Part shown: positions 63,339 to 64,000 of the stretch, one piece after another
Numbering within the stretch: the first letter of the stretch is position 1
How the letters are laid out: the number at the start of each line of letters is the position of its first letter
DNA from: Octopus sinensis
Taxonomy: Eukaryota
Assembly: GCF_006345805.1 (NCBI RefSeq)
Contig: NC_043005.1
Span: 86,056,001 to 86,120,000, forward strand
DNA length: 64,000 nucleotides
Reading direction: 5' to 3'
Notes under the pieces: generated by a model
What the model was told of the DNA's origin: nothing
Seen by the model: the letters and a program-made list of their open reading frames with translations, nothing else
The model's database searches: none
Position numbers and translations under genes: made by a program

Positions 63339-64000
63339 TCGTGCGTGTCGAAAGGTTTTTTTCTGATCCACCATACAGTTCTGCATGATCTGTACGTGCT
63401 CTGGTTTGGCTATTACAATATCTATAACCCATATCTGAGATCCTGACAGGTTCTAGGGTGCGGTTTAGAGTATACCTAGGAATAGTATTGGTTAAGAGAC
63501 GATACCTAAAAACCTTGGAGAACCCCAAGTAGGGCCCTATTACCGGATAATTTAAACTTATATACACGTAAACAACAAGGGCAAAACAAAAACAAAACAG
63601 AAAAACAACAAAAGCTATCCTCTGTAGTCGTGGCATGTGCAGATGAGATATTTCCTTTAGCAAAAGACCAACCTAACTGCAACCCTAGTAAGATGTCACG
63701 TGGTGTCACTATCGGAACATCTAACGAGGAAGAGTTGCATTGGTCCGGGCAAGACAACTGACCGAATGACGATGGTCTTCCTAACAACTGACAGTCTTCC
63801 CTGAGTTTCTGCTCAAAATGGCGTGTCCACGACAACCGTAAGTGGGACGATATTTGCCACAATAAACATAACTATTCTCACGGCCCTATGTCTTCGGTTC
63901 TGTATAACATTATGAATGGACGTTGTGGAATATGTATCTTTTGTATAATGTTCAACTCTTCCAATTTGCTCGCAATCACGACGCACACATACAACTACTT

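Overview
AT-rich, repeat-dense metazoan genomic DNA. The microsatellite load and SINE repertoire resemble an octopus/cephalopod genome (inference). No host protein-coding gene can be called with confidence, and most short ORFs in the track are microsatellite translations. The window is a mosaic of retroelements: a near-complete L1-clade/Tx1-like LINE (20943-26273, minus), two decayed copies of a second Tx1-like family, fragments of RTE-, CR1-, R4/Dong- and Hero-type LINEs, two Penelope-like GIY-YIG fragments, many short hammerhead-ribozyme-bearing Penelope-derived repeats, three tRNA-derived SINE families with swappable tails, three Tc1/mariner relics and a Helitron-like element. The most striking observation is an apparent LINE-SINE circuit. 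The near-complete Tx1 LINE sits inside a SINE head with a 13-bp TSD (CGTATTTCGTCTG). The same SINE family carries a 3' tail homologous to the Tx1 3' end. A Tx1-tailed SINE copy is inserted into another SINE at the same site, also with a 13-bp TSD. This suggests a SINE-targeting, sequence-specific LINE that also mobilises the SINE providing its own target.
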